A DNA stretch of 62,268 nucleotides, filler included, from Choristocarpus tenellus KU-1152 (GCA_964200185.2; 9 parts of 9 records of this genome joined end to end with filler, not necessarily neighbours in it); one strand, 5' to 3'. Shown: positions 1 to 11,965, numbered from the whole stretch's first letter. Numbers and translations are program-made. Notes: generated from the letters alone by a model not told the origin.

Positions 1-48
1 AAATGGACAAACAGGGCAAAACTCGTACCCTCTAAGATACTTTCACTC
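1..48. mobile_element. MITE family B, terminal fragment at contig start
   Basis: AAATGGACAAACAGGGCAAAACTCGTACCCTCTAAGATACTTTCACTC is nearly identical to the ends at 53402-53449 and 41953-42004, and to the reverse complement of 6600-6647. Confidence 0.9.
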
Positions 49-809
49 ATCTCGGAGAAATAGATCGCACAGTGTTCCGGTGTAAGCTGGCGTGGTTGTT
101 GGGATGGGTGTGGGTTGGGGTTCCTGGTGGGGGAGGCTGGCCTTCGAAGCCCTGTAATATCTCTTATCATCTCCTCTCCGGCCTCTTCCTCCTCGTAGCC
201 GTGTAGGGGCGGGTCCCTCTCCCTGTTACCATCGTCGTGTGCCTCTACCAACTCTCTGACCTCATCCCCTTGAGTGCTCGTTCGATTTTCCGTCTGGGCT
301 ATGCCATCCTGCAGAGACGAAACATGTCTACCTATTCCCGAAGAGTAGTGGTGTGCTCTGCTTATGTTTCCCCCCTTGCCCGTGCCTATCTCGTGAGTCG
401 CCATTCCGATCCTCGATCGCCTCCACCTCGTCCCCATGTGGGCCCAGTCCATTCTCTGTCTATCCTTCTCCATTCTGCGAAATCGAGACCTGGGTATCTA
501 TTCCTAGAGCTGGGTTAATCCCTCCATTTGTATTCGTTCCTTGCCCCTGCCTGTCGCGCGCACCGTCGTCGCCTTCCTCCATCTCCTCCACAACCCCATC
601 TCCTCCTATACACTGTTGTGATGTACTTTACCACGCTCTACCACATAGAACGCGACAATTAAAAAAGAGACATAGAAAACTAAGTTCCCCTTTGGACAGG
701 TCGCTACCAAAATCCAGAATGTCGCTCCTTACGTTGACTAAGAAATCGGGGGTCGGCAGAGCGTCATCAGGATTCAACAGTATTAACTGCTAACAGTGTG
801 AATTGTTTA

Positions 810-1130
810 TCACATGCTGCCAAAAAGGCTCTTCGTGAAGTCATGCCAACAAAATTGCATCGATATGTAAACCACTATATAAACCACGAATTCAGCCATT
901 CAATTTGCATGCTTCCTTGAGTAGCACAATTGACTCTACAGTCAGTGCGTGTATATTGCTATTGTTCTAATAAATCTCTAAGTGGTAGCATTCCCAAAGC
1001 GTCAGACAGGTCACACAAGAACTTGGTATCACCAATGAACTTCTCATGCTGCAGGATGTACTTGTGCATGCATCGCGTTACCAGAGAGTTGAAGGGGTGG
1101 GGGAAATGTTACGAAAACATTGGCATCAAC
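810..1130 (-). mobile_element. Degenerate Ty1/Copia RNase H remnant
   Basis: Minus-strand pieces TKFLCDLSDALGML and YISMQFCWHDFTKSL resemble the Copia RNase H motifs (cDN.sAi, q.ADi.TKsL); many stops and frameshifts. Confidence 0.35.
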
Positions 1131-2179
1131 AAAATCAGCTTACTTATCACATCAACTTAATAAGACGGATTTGGCCCAGAGCACCCCCCCTTTCTCTTGC
1201 AGGGATATACGGACATGGCCCAAACCATGAAGCAAGAGGACACAAATCAACCACCTCACAATAGCTCCCAGGCCAAATTGTGAGCTGCTTTGAGTACATG
1301 TCACTGATCTCACACTTCCTCCCCCTCCTCTCCCCAACCCTTCTGAGCCACACCACTTTCTTTCTTAACTGCTGTACCTCACTCACCCATCATTCTCTAA
1401 GAGCAGGCCACTTCCCCCCTAGACTCCCTTTCCACCTCATCCCCACCCCTTCCCTTCCCTACCACTCTGAACACCTCCACTACCCATATCTCTACTGCTG
1501 TGGGGGTGTAGTGAGGGTGGTATATGAGAAGGGAGTAAGAGGAAGGCGTTTTGGTGGCTTACTGCAGCCCCTCTCCTCGTTGGAATGCTAAGATGTTTCA
1601 CACTGTAAGCATTGGGGCAGGGCTAGGAAGGGATCACAGAGATCAGGATACATAACTACTGCGTAGTAAGAAGAAAGTGAAGAGTACATATTTCAAAACA
1701 TTGCTGAGGGGAATAAACACAAGGCTACTGATTACGTTGTTGCTAAAGATCTGATAGGTACATCTAGCACGAAACATGATGGAGTAGCAGAAATATCAAC
1801 ACAGTTACAGCATATGCAAAACACAATGAACAAAAAAAAAGTATGGACTAATTGTCATAATATAATAGTTGTGCTTCTCCTTCCGTGCAGAATCCCAAAA
1901 TATTTAGTGTCTTCCTCCCTTGGCTTCCTCCTTGGCTCCTTCTCAAACCAATATTTTTTAGGGCTGATCGATTACTTTGAAGTTCGAACTGATTGAACAC
2001 TTTGAAATACAAGGGGATAAATATACCGAAATACATTCCGACTCCTCTATTACGCCCATACCTCTTCCCCACTCTGCCAAAGAGTGCCATGTACAACTTA
2101 CAGCCATATATACCCTAATCAGCCACCTCAATAATATTGAAAGTCTAATAAAGTAGGATATAGTAATTTGCCATAGAAA

Positions 2180-2780
2180 TATTCTCCCCCTTTCAGATAT
2201 ATGAACACAATGAATACAGAGGCAAAATCACATTAACATAACAATATGTTACAGTCATAGAACCACTCTCCCCCTTCTGAGTAATGAACACATTTGAGCT
2301 CATCTATATAACCAAAATAACATAGACGTAGGGTATCGTCATAGAAAGGCTGCTCCTCATTGGAACCAAATATCGTAGGGCATTATGTGCTGCTCATCGT
2401 TATGTAATAATCTCCCCCCTCTCTTTGCCATCCGAATGTGTTCTTGTTCGCTTTTCGCAAAGACTGGAGATATCTCTGAATTCTTTCCCTTCTTCTTTTG
2501 TCTGCCTGTCAAGGTACTCAGTCCGAGTTATCCAGTCTCCTCTCCATTTTTCTTGTTTGTGTCACCTTCTCGACAGGGGTACCTATGTGTGACAGATAAA
2601 GCACATACAATCAGAAGAGTTATTATTTTTTCCATAAATTTCATCTATTCACCTCAAGGTTCTCCAATACTATCTTTTAGTCATACAGGAAGTGCTCGGA
2701 GTGTTTTATAGATGTGCAAGTCAGTGCCTTTGACAATATACAAGCATGGCACTACTCTACATCAAACTTGAAAGTACGGT
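2180..2780 (-). mobile_element. Degenerate Copia 3' region (RNase H end plus repeated polypurine tracts)
   Basis: Minus-strand HACILSKALTCTSIKHSEHFLYD* resembles the HADILTKAL end of Copia pol; followed by three AGGGGGAGA-type tracts (plus-strand TCTCCCCC near 2183, 2267 and 2411). Confidence 0.45.
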
Positions 2781-3186
2781 TGGAACAGTAGAGGCTTAAT
2801 GTTAAGACAGCAGCAGTGCCCTTCATGCACAGTTCCTCTATCATCACACTATCTGTTCGACAAATAAAATTTATGAGCCAATTCATTTTACTTGTATGTT
2901 TACACATACTTCATGTAGTTAAATAGGAAATAGTAAGGAAATGGGCCATCGTTATCAACAACTGAGGCGGTCATGAGAGAGGATGGTGACAGTTTGCCTT
3001 GCAACTCCCGACTTGCCTTTCACTTTAACCTTTTCTTCATATCCCGATCTGTAATTCCCTATCTATAGCCTGTTTCTGTAAGGTTCGATCAATTAGTCCC
3101 TAGGAATATCCTGTAAATGCGCCTAAAGCACTCCCTATATCAAATAACACCAACACTCTCCATCACTGCAAGACAAACCTTCTGTT

Positions 3187-3476
3187 GACCCAAAGTATCT
3201 GGGGGGGGGGGGGGGGGACAAACCCGGGGGCCCCTTAGGCCAAAAAAAAGGAAAAGGGAATTCACATGTCCACACCAACAAACCNNNNNNNNNNACTACC
3301 ATTGTGTGGGGGGGGGGGGCCGGGGGGGTCTACACCAGGTGTCCATTTGGACCAAAATCAGGAAAAGTGCATTTACATTATCCATCCGACATATCCAACC
3401 AAATCACCCAAATTCGCGACATGAAAAAATGGACCCCAACTGGACAGCCACACACACCCCCTAGATACTTTGAGCC
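3187..3476. mobile_element. MITE family A (spans a small N gap; left part poorly assembled)
   Basis: Termini GACCCAAAGTATCT and AGATACTTTGAGCC; internal sequence matches other A copies; flanked by GTT/GTT. Confidence 0.85.
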
Positions 3477-3489
3477 GTTTCCTTAGCCT

Positions 3490-4420
3490 CTCCCCACCCT
3501 TCCAGAATGTTGACGGAGCAATTCTGCGCCTCAGTAGTGGTTGATCGAACAGCTAGTTGCTCCTTTTCCTCAAAGTGGTGATTGCAATGCGGAAGAACGC
3601 TCAGAAACAGCGAGTGTACCAACAAGCGACGAGAGTGAGTATGCGAATAAAGTAAAATATAATGTACAAAAACTCGAGACACATTGAACACACAACAATA
3701 ATGCTGACAGTGCCCCAATACATGTAACTTCGAGGTCTTCCCCTCAATAGTGGGAGACCGTGCAGTTATGATCTGGCGTGCAAGGCATTGATGCAACCTG
3801 GTACACATAGTGAGGTGGCATGCACTCTCTTGCTTAGCTTCGAGGTCATGGAGAGAGGCCCTGAAGCCATGGACTGGAGCGCAGGCCACATTGATGCGAC
3901 CCATTGCACACAATAAGGCGACTGGCAGTCTCTTGCACAGCCTCGAGGTCGTAGGAAGAGAGATCCTGAAGACATCGCCTAGAGTAGTGGTCAATGATGC
4001 TACGATGTGCGAATGCCCTCATCCATAGTCGCAAGGTCATTCCTCGCTGAAGATGTGTGGCGTCTGATTTCACTGATGCCAAAATTTAGACCCTCTCGGG
4101 TGGACCTCCTTGTTGCAAAACTTCCCACTAGTTACCATGAGCGTATATGTAGCTCCAATCCAAAAGCTGGTAGACTGATGATGAGACTCAAGGACCGTGC
4201 CTGTGATGTGACTTACAGTCTCTCAAGCAGTGAGATGAATTGTTGATTGATCTTATGATAAATGCGAGATTTCTTTCAAGATCAATTTTTGACTGCCTCC
4301 AAAAACACCTGAAACGTGTTGGTAATCTCAAATGAATTTCAAAAGTCGTGAGAATCTTATGTATGTGTGGATATACACCATGCATATCAATTGAGTACAA
4401 CAATTTAACACTGTATACCA
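3490..4420 (-). pseudogene. Probable KDZ-superfamily (Kyakuja-Dileera-Zisupton-like) transposase pseudogene
   Basis: ORF 3461-3994 carries, in order, CKR..GRINVACAPVHGF..LHDL..QES, then SKLHV..FNVSRVFVHY..SHTHS, then TEAQNCS. This matches the KDZ pattern C.K..G...C.HG..g.h....ES / CKLH..FF.NTRF.VD.FH..NH..CS / EQ.NS. Catalytic acidic residues appear mutated and upstream frames are broken. Confidence 0.5.
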
Positions 4421-4554
4421 TGACCTTGAACCTACCGATTATGGACTAACCATGTGCATATTCGTCGCTTGCAACAGTTACGAAAGATAACCTAATCAAT
4501 AGTTCAACAAAAAATATATCACATGAACCGCTTCCCCCACCAACCTTACTGAAA

Positions 4555-4744
4555 GACCTGAAGCATTGAAGAGGGTAGGGCCGCGTTCGTTCAGGATCAT
4601 GAATCAAATGTTGCGATTTTAACGAATTTTGGCTATCGTGTTTGTTAGCAGATATCATCATCCTTGCTCCAGATACACCTTTTATAGTCGTGTACAGTTT
4701 AGATAACTATGTTCACCCAAAAAAACAAAAAAAGGTATAAAAAA
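4555..4744. mobile_element. MITE family B variant, interrupted by a family A copy
   Basis: Colinear with 43349-43540 (AAGCATT.AAGAGGGTAGGGC..ATGTTGCGATTTT..GAATTTTGG.TATCGTGTTTGTTAGCA). Confidence 0.8.
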
Positions 4745-4782
4745 GACTCAAAGTATCTGGGAGGGGGTGGCGGCTGTCCATT
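4745..4782. mobile_element. MITE family A end (reverse orientation), cut by contig end
   Basis: GACTCAAAGTATCTGGGAGGGGGTGGCGGCTGTCCATT is the reverse complement of the family A right end. Confidence 0.85.
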
Positions 4783-4882
4783 NNNNNNNNNNNNNNNNNN
4801 NNNNNNNNNNNNNNNNNNNNNNNNNNTTAATTAATTAANNNNNNNNNNNNNNNNNNNNNNNNNNNNNNNNNNNNNNNNNNNN
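4783..4882. other. Artificial contig-joining spacer
   Basis: N44-TTAATTAATTAA-N44 (stops in all six frames); identical spacers at 16877-16976, 24862-24961, 37129-37228, 41265-41364, 49083-49182, 52980-53079 and 56743-56842. Confidence 0.98.
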
Positions 4883-4920
4883 GTTCCCCTGCAGAACTCG
4901 GCTTTATGAAGTGTGACCAT

Positions 4921-5100
4921 GGCTTGAAGTATCTGAGGGGGGAGGGGGGGGTCTACACCAGGGTGTTCATCTGGGCCCTGGCCAGGAAAAGTGCACTTAC
5001 ATTATCCATCCAACGCATGCAACCAAATCACCCAAATATCGCGACATGGAAAAATGGGCCCCAAATGGACAGCTGCCACCCCCCTCAGATACTTTGAGCC
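4921..5100. mobile_element. MITE family A, complete
   Basis: TIRs GGCTTGAAGTATCTGAGGGG / CCCCTCAGATACTTTGAGCC; 3-bp TSD CAT. Confidence 0.9.
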
Positions 5101-5630
5101 CATGGTGGAGGGGGTCTGGCTACAACGGGTTTCACGTGGACAGAATGGGAATAGAAGCAGTCATTTCATAGCTTCTATTATCCCTATATGGACCAAGATG
5201 ACCTAGGTTCACACATCTTTCACATCGAAGTATATCCTGGATTCTGGGTCGGAGGTCACCATGTCATAATGGTATAGTGAGGAAGGAGGCAGGATATCGT
5301 AGGTTTGCACCTCACCCACCCTTACCCAGCCCATCCATGTATGCCAATAACTGCAACTCATGGGAGTTTACAGCACTTCTCAACCAGGCGCTCCGCTTGT
5401 CCCATGGGCCTGTGGTGATGACGACCCTGACTTTGGTGTTCCTACCTGACACTGATAATGTATTTGAAATTGGGAGCAAAAATGTTTGGGATGTTCTTTG
5501 GTTGGATTTGGAACAGATACCTTATTATGAAAGTTGGCTAGCTTTGCCTTTGCCCGGAGTGGATGATGATGCCATAGAGGTGCAGTGTGGTAAACATATC
5601 AGAGCATCTGGGGCAGTGTCTAGTGGATGC
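5101..5630 (-). pseudogene. Possible degenerate HUH rolling-circle Rep (CRESS/geminivirus-like)
   Basis: Minus-strand TFIIRYL ... KYIISVR*EHQSQGRHHH ... YTI/HGD resembles RCR motifs I, II and III in the expected order; stops and frameshifts present. Confidence 0.25.
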
Positions 5631-6599
5631 CATTGCTTTTTCCACGGCCCCTATGCTGGGACTGACCCCATAGGTCATGATAGAGCCCAAGGAGGAGAAG
5701 TGTCATCGTGGTGCCACCCATGAGGCCTCTCTTCATCAAAGTGAAAAATTGGTACGTCCCAGAGTACATACACTTATTTGCAACTTGAGATCTAGAAACA
5801 CGCAGATGCTTTCATGTTGCCTAGGGTCGTGATCCTGCAGTCAATAAGGAGCCCATCAGAGTGATGAAGCGGGTGGGAATGCCGCCTTTTTAGGCTAAGC
5901 TCCACAATCACAATCCTGGCTGTCAGAACTGGCTGACTGCTTTGATGGGGTTGCTAGTAACGAGGTAGGTACATATTTGTCCGGGGGCTTGGTATCTCAA
6001 TGGGGGCATGTCCTTCCAATGACCATTGAAGTATGACAGAGGCGCTTTCGGAAATAGCAGGGGAAGCCATCCTACAATAATGGGTGATAGTTGTACCAGC
6101 ACAACAAGTGACCAAAGTGACTCCTGGGGGTATGGTCTAGGAAGACTGCATCTGGCCTTCCCACGAGGCAGATGTGAAAGAGTTTATGACCTACCCTGAA
6201 GAAGATACCTGGGGAGATGCTTGAGCGAGTGGAGCACAACTGCAGAAATTAGTGCAAGGCAGGAAGCATGGATAAGATGCCAAATATTCCTGAAGGTGGA
6301 TTTGTTGTGTCGGTGGTACGGTTTTGGAAGAGGGGCAGCACATCAAAGCTCTGATGCGCTTGGAATGTGCCGTAGTGGGTGCTGGCTACAGAGACTCCCC
6401 AGGTGTACTAAAGTAAAACTTGTCATTTTTGGAACAAGGGGGGAGATTATAATCCCAGTCATTTTCGTGCTGACAGGAAATGGGTATCACCGTGAAGTTG
6501 GTTGAAGGAACAATTTCAAAATGTTCAGAACCAAAGCAAGTTTGAAATGGCTGCCATCATCGATGTTTATAGACCATGGGCCGGGCCCAAGGTGTTTTT

Positions 6600-6857
6600 G
6601 AGTGAAAGTATCTTAGAGGGTACGAATTTTGCCCTATTTGTCCATTTGGGGCTTGGCTTCCCATGGTTATTCTAGGACATTATCCTACACCGAAATGTTT
6701 CGGAGTATGTAAAATGTGTAAAACTATGAATCGGTTTGTCGGAACAAGGATATTGACATTTCCTAAAGAGCACGATAGTCAAAATTACATCAAAATCGCA
6801 ACATTGGATATTGGTCACCATATGGACGCGGCTCTACCCTCTAAGATACTTTGACTC
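6600..6857. mobile_element. MITE family B, complete
   Basis: 23-bp TIRs GAGTGAAAGTATCTTAGAGGGTA / TACCCTCTAAGATACTTTGACTC; flanks TTT/TTT. Confidence 0.92.
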
Positions 6858-7469
6858 TTTGTAGACTTGCCTGGCTTCGGGAGGATGAGAGAATGTGGGA
6901 ACCTTTACTTTCTATTCTGAAGGGTACTACTGTATACTAGAGGAAGCAGTTGAACTGAAGCTGCACACGGAAGTGCACTAGTCTATCCAATATTTTCATA
7001 GTTATTTGAGGCTTGAGCTGAGTCTGTCTTTTGGCATTGTTTAGTCTGGTGTTAAGGTGGAGTCTTGCCTCGTTTTGCTATGTTTTCAATTGGTTCATGA
7101 GTCAGGAGAGACTTGGAATCTGTGTTTGAGTCAAGTTCATACTTTGCTACTTTAGATTGGCATAATCATTTACTATCTCTAGGGTTGTCGTAGAACCAGA
7201 TCGAGGTTTGAGGCAAATGTATCCGTGGCATTGGCATTATTTTGGTTTATTGAGGTTGATGCCTATGAAATCACATAGACTCACAGTAAACTCGTCAAAC
7301 TGTCTATCAAGCATATTCTACAGTAGTATGTCAGGTAGCCCCTTGGCATGGGTGTAGAAACAAATAGGCTAGGATCAATATATTCATCTAACAGCACAGC
7401 TAGCTAGAGCGCCAAGTGTCTCAAGGTACGCACAACGATATCGTCCTCCTCGTCTTCCGTCTACAAGAA

Positions 7470-8050
7470 AAAAAGTCCAAAGAAGATCATGGTTTGTCCA
7501 TTTTTCAGGTGGAGCAATACTTGAACGTTTTTGTTGGACATTTTTGAACATTTGCATCAATGGTAGAATTTCTACAGTTAGTAAGGTAGAATTTTGATAT
7601 CGGCCGCATCAGATCAATTGCGATGAACTGATAACAAATATCAACCTCAGTAAACAAGAGGTATCCAGATTTTGATCGTTTTGCATTATAAGCCAGTTTT
7701 TCAAATCTTTTGCAATTCACCCGTATCTCTAAGAAGTGCTAAGTTTGGCTTGAGAGGGTTGATTTCTGTATTGTTTGAAACTTCTCGACAAAATTCGGAA
7801 AATTTACTATAGCCCTTTGAAAAAAATGTTGAATTTTCCACAAATTTGCCAGCATCCTTTAGATCCAACTCTGAGTGCCTCTCGCTTACTTGGACTTATT
7901 TCAAGAGCATTTTCCAGTAATTCCGCGCGCACACACCTCCAGATGTCCTTGTGTGTGTCGAACACCATGACACCAGCGTATAAATGTACGGCGTACAATG
8001 CTGGTCTCAAAATACTCTCGCCCAACTCCTCACATTGCATTAAGCGTTAT
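7470..8050 (-). mobile_element. Possible hAT transposase C-terminal remnant
   Basis: Fragments LRPALYAVHL, NCKRFEKLAYNAKR and NVQQKRSSIAPPEK loosely resemble the hAT dimerisation region; heavily decayed. Confidence 0.25.
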
Positions 8051-8052
8051 TT

Positions 8053-8231
8053 GACCCAAAGTATCTGGGGGGGGGTCTACACCAGGGTGTCCATTTTGGA
8101 CCAAAATCAGGAAAAGTGCATTTACATTATCCATCCATTCGACGTATGCAACCAAATTACCCAAGAATCGCGACATGAAAAAATTGACCCCAAATGGACA
8201 GCCGCCAGCCCCCCCCCAGATACTTTGAGCC
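8053..8231. mobile_element. MITE family A, complete
   Basis: TIRs GACCCAAAGTATCTGGGGG / CCCCCAGATACTTTGAGCC; 4-bp TSD ATTT. Confidence 0.95.
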
Positions 8232-8946
8232 ATTTTCGTGTGACTACGGTGCCCACCAGCCACGCATCCATGCGTAGCCTTGTGATATGATGCAGGCAAT
8301 TATTTAATCGCGATTATCCAGCGAGACTTCAACCAAATATTATCATGAGACGCCAATCTTCTCAGTTGACTCTACAATATAGATGCAATGTTACCCTCTT
8401 TCAAAATGTTGCAGGGAGGTAAATCAGAATATTGGCTATTTATCTATAATATTTTCGTCCAAGAACAGCACTAATAATGATAAACAACCACTGCTGTACG
8501 AGCCATATCACAGCCACCAACCTTTCAACTCGCTGCATACCCTTTGCTCTCTTAGCTATCCTGTCACAAAATGAGTAAAACGATAGACACCAGGACCTTG
8601 GAGATGTGTTCCTTGAAGTGGAAAGAATAAATGAGTCCTCTGTAAGTACATGTGCTGGAAAAGTAGGATAACGGCTATGCTGGGGGGTTTGCTGTTGGGT
8701 TAGCATGTATCGCAACCCTCCCAGAGAGGAGAGCTGTTCTAGGCATTTAGTACAAGTAGATTTTCCTTGAAAAATAACGAGCAACATTTAGGTCATACCA
8801 ATATATATATATACCAATATATATATAGTACCAACAATTAGTAGTTGCATGAAGAGAATGACTTGTGTGTAAATTTGATCGTTGAGGATGTGTTACCCCT
8901 GTAATCCTCCCTATCCCCTAAACTTTGACATGACTCTGATACTGTT

Positions 8947-11900
8947 GTGTACAATCGGTCCTCCCTTCCCCAGCTCCCTGAGATGCTAAGAGCCAAGGAT
9001 AAAAATGGAAACGATTTTCTGATGCAAGTGATCAAACACCCTCGGGTGGAAAGGAGACTAAAAAATGGTCAAGACTGTGCTGGACCCGATACCAGTGCTA
9101 ACTGTGAGATATACGAGGGAGGTTACACAATATCGCTGTTATCAGCTCAAGAGGGCAAAGAAACAAGGGTAGTTCAGGTCCTAGATGATTTGTGATTGAG
9201 CAACTGTGCTTCTTGGCTGATGTATCCATTGTCTTTTTTTCAAGAATACTATGTTCTGAATTTGACTATTTCCCCCCGCTTTGTCAGGACTGCCACGCAT
9301 CAGGTGAAGTGATCCACTGCCTGGCTGCAGCTTGTGATCTGGATGCCAAGAATGGTGTCGGGAAATCGATCCTAGGTCATGCCATAGAGGCAAAGGAACT
9401 GGATTTGGTTTGCTTACTTCTTCAGTATGGAGCTATGCCCAGCAAAAGAGATCTTATTACTTTGATGGATGAGCACAAGGATAAACAACTCGAGGAACAG
9501 CTCCTAAAAGCAGTTGGCTCAGCTATCAACCCACTCATCCCTGGATTTAACCTGTCTGTGGCACTTGGGAGTGGTTTCAAGGGGAGCTCTAGCAAGAAGC
9601 AGAGGATGATAGAACTCCGAGAACAGGTTGATGAGGTCCTACTTGCATTACTCAGGTGTCTACCTGGTAGGTGCAATCAATGGTCTAGTGTGGGGAAGAT
9701 CCTTGAGCCTGAAGCAATAGGTCTCCGGAGGAAAGAATTCTTTCAGGGGCCTCTGGACAAAGCAGTCAACTCACGGCACCTCGAATTGTGCAGTGCTCCC
9801 ATTGTTTTGGACTACATATCCCACAAATTCAGTAATGGTCTCCAAGACCCAACATCTTATGTGACCAGGGGTCAAGATGACATGGAGCGATTCATGATTG
9901 GTGGCCTGTTCCATAACTTTGGGCAAAGAACCTTCTTTCAAGATTAACTGGTGGGCAGTAGATGTGCTGCAGGGTAGACAGAAACACAGTTATGTCAGTG
10001 AAGGCTATCATTACACCTGGTTTCCCACAATTCAAATATTGATGGTTGGCCTTGCTGGTGCCTCTAAAGCTTTCTACTAACTACCAGCTGCTAGGATGAT
10101 ATTCGACACTGTCGTGTTCCTGAGCATGCTGGTGCTCTTTGCTTCTCAAGTTGTCACTATTCAAGATGCCGGAAAGATTAGGCTGCTGAAGTTCTTTTCT
10201 ATTGCTATGTACTGGTGAGTGGGTCGATTTCTGGGACTATGAACTAAGAACTCTGTCTTACAACAGGCAATCTTGGTGTTGACTGACAATTCATTGGACA
10301 TCTCTGACTGTATGGAGCTACATGTTCTCATTCCGCAACTATTACCCTGTGCAACTTCATGCATTTGATGTTCCTTGGGGTGCCGTTGTCAATGAGATTG
10401 AGGAAATGCGTGCGTCAAGGTCCTCGACATTGTACTTCTCGGATGTTTGGAACTGGATGGATGTGGCGTTGCTACTCTGCCTCACAATTGCTCTCTTCTC
10501 AAGAGCTACTGGCCTGGCAATTGAGGGCAGCGGTGATGGTGGCAGTGGTTCAGATGCCTTGTTTGTGTCCCAGTTATTCCTGGATGTAAGCGCCCCTCTT
10601 CTGTTTTGGCGCATCCTTTTCCTGGCCCAAGTGAACACAACCCTAGGACCCCTTGTACAAACGATCTTTCTAATGTGTCGGGAGCTGCTAATGTTCGGTG
10701 CAGTTATTATCACGATCATGTTGGGCTTTTCCTCAGCCTTCTATGCATTCTTCGGTGGTAACTCTGGGATTATCCACGATCCACCATTGGAGGGATTCAG
10801 CACATATACCAACACCGTCCTTACAATGTTCCGGGCCATGCTGGGAGACTTTTCCTTTGAAGACTTCTCCGAGGCAGAGTATGGTGATGTGGGGAAGGTG
10901 CTACTAGTGGTGTACCTGACTATCATGTCGATCATGCTCCTCAACCTCCTCATTGCTGTCCTGAGCACTGTACACTCTGAAGTCAATACCAATGCGGACA
11001 AGGAGTTCAACGTGTCCAGGGCCCACCTTATCCTGCAGTACACACGAGTGGTTCAACATGACCGACTTCCTTCACCTCTCAACCTTGTGCAGGCAGTGGT
11101 ACCACTGGTTCTGTGGGTCGTATAAGGCTTTTTATTGGTGCTCCAATACTGAACAGGAACAAGTCAGGAAACCCAGAGATGTATGCTCCAACTGCGGAAT
11201 AGATGCAGAGCAAGGATTGGGCTCTTCTTGTAGTGGCTCATCACTGGACCCCTTGCCATAGTTTTAGGCTCAATGCTCTGGCTTTTGTCAATACCATTAT
11301 TGGTTTGGAGTGCTTGGATGTTAGAAGACACTTGGCTAAATATCTTGCCTATCAGCCTCAAATGTAGAGGTGGGGGCATTCAAATGTTAAGCACCATGGT
11401 TTTCTGCATAGTGGGTGTACCAGTGTGCCTCGTCCTATTATGGCTCCTTCATGGGCTGTGGTGCCTAGGGCTATGGCCTCGTTATAGACTTGTTGCTGAT
11501 ATGTGGTATGATAAATGGGTGGAAGAGGCGGTGTGGTGGAGAGCTGGCAACGATCACCAGCCTGGGGACTACAATGTTGCAGGCTTGGCACTAGAAGGGA
11601 CTGATGGTCAGACGATAGGGGACCCCTGTAGACATTTCACAACTCGTTGTGGTGACAAAAATGTTTTTCCAAAACTTAATACGGATGAGACTAGCGAGAT
11701 AGTAGATGGTGGGAGAAGCATCCACGACGTGACCATCCATGGCCAGAAAAAGATTTGTGAGGAGTTAGGCAGGCTTGAGAGCAGAATCGGTCAAGAGATT
11801 GGTAGACTTGATAAGAAGATGAGTGAGCATAAGAGTATGCTTGATGAAATGATGTGCAAGCTGGAAGGGAGGCTTGATGACAGAATTGGCAATATTGCGG

Positions 11901-11965
11901 CAAGAATCACAAGCAAACTGGATGATGTGCTTAAGGAACTTGCCGAGAATAACCAAGTTGCCTGA
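8947..11965 (+). pseudogene. TRP-family cation channel pseudogene (ankyrin-like N-terminus, 6TM/pore, C-terminal coiled coil)
   Basis: Ankyrin-like GKSILGHAIEAKELDLVCLLLQYGA; YFSDVWNWMD, LGPLVQTIFLM, pore TMFRAMLGDF and S6 IMLLNLLIAVLSTVH. In-frame TAA at 10078 and 11123, frameshifts near 9190, 9940 and 10185. One intron (GTGAGT at 10215) whose acceptor near 10378 reads TGG. Confidence 0.85.

Noticed and set aside
4827-4838. Recurrent palindrome TTAATTAATTAA
   Set aside because: Always centred in 44+44 Ns, so it is an artificial linker. Gene neighbourhoods across these points are meaningless.
5225-5280. HYDMVTSDPESRIYFDVKD resembling an AEP primase LYFDxE motif
   Set aside because: An isolated short match with no other primase motifs; the HUH-Rep reading explains more of the region, though both are weak.
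7775-8290. ORFs sharing 'DQNQEKC..IIHP' or 'YLRGGGG' peptides (also 15472-15882, 3304-3486, 53208-53705)
   Set aside because: These are read-through translations of non-coding MITE sequence.
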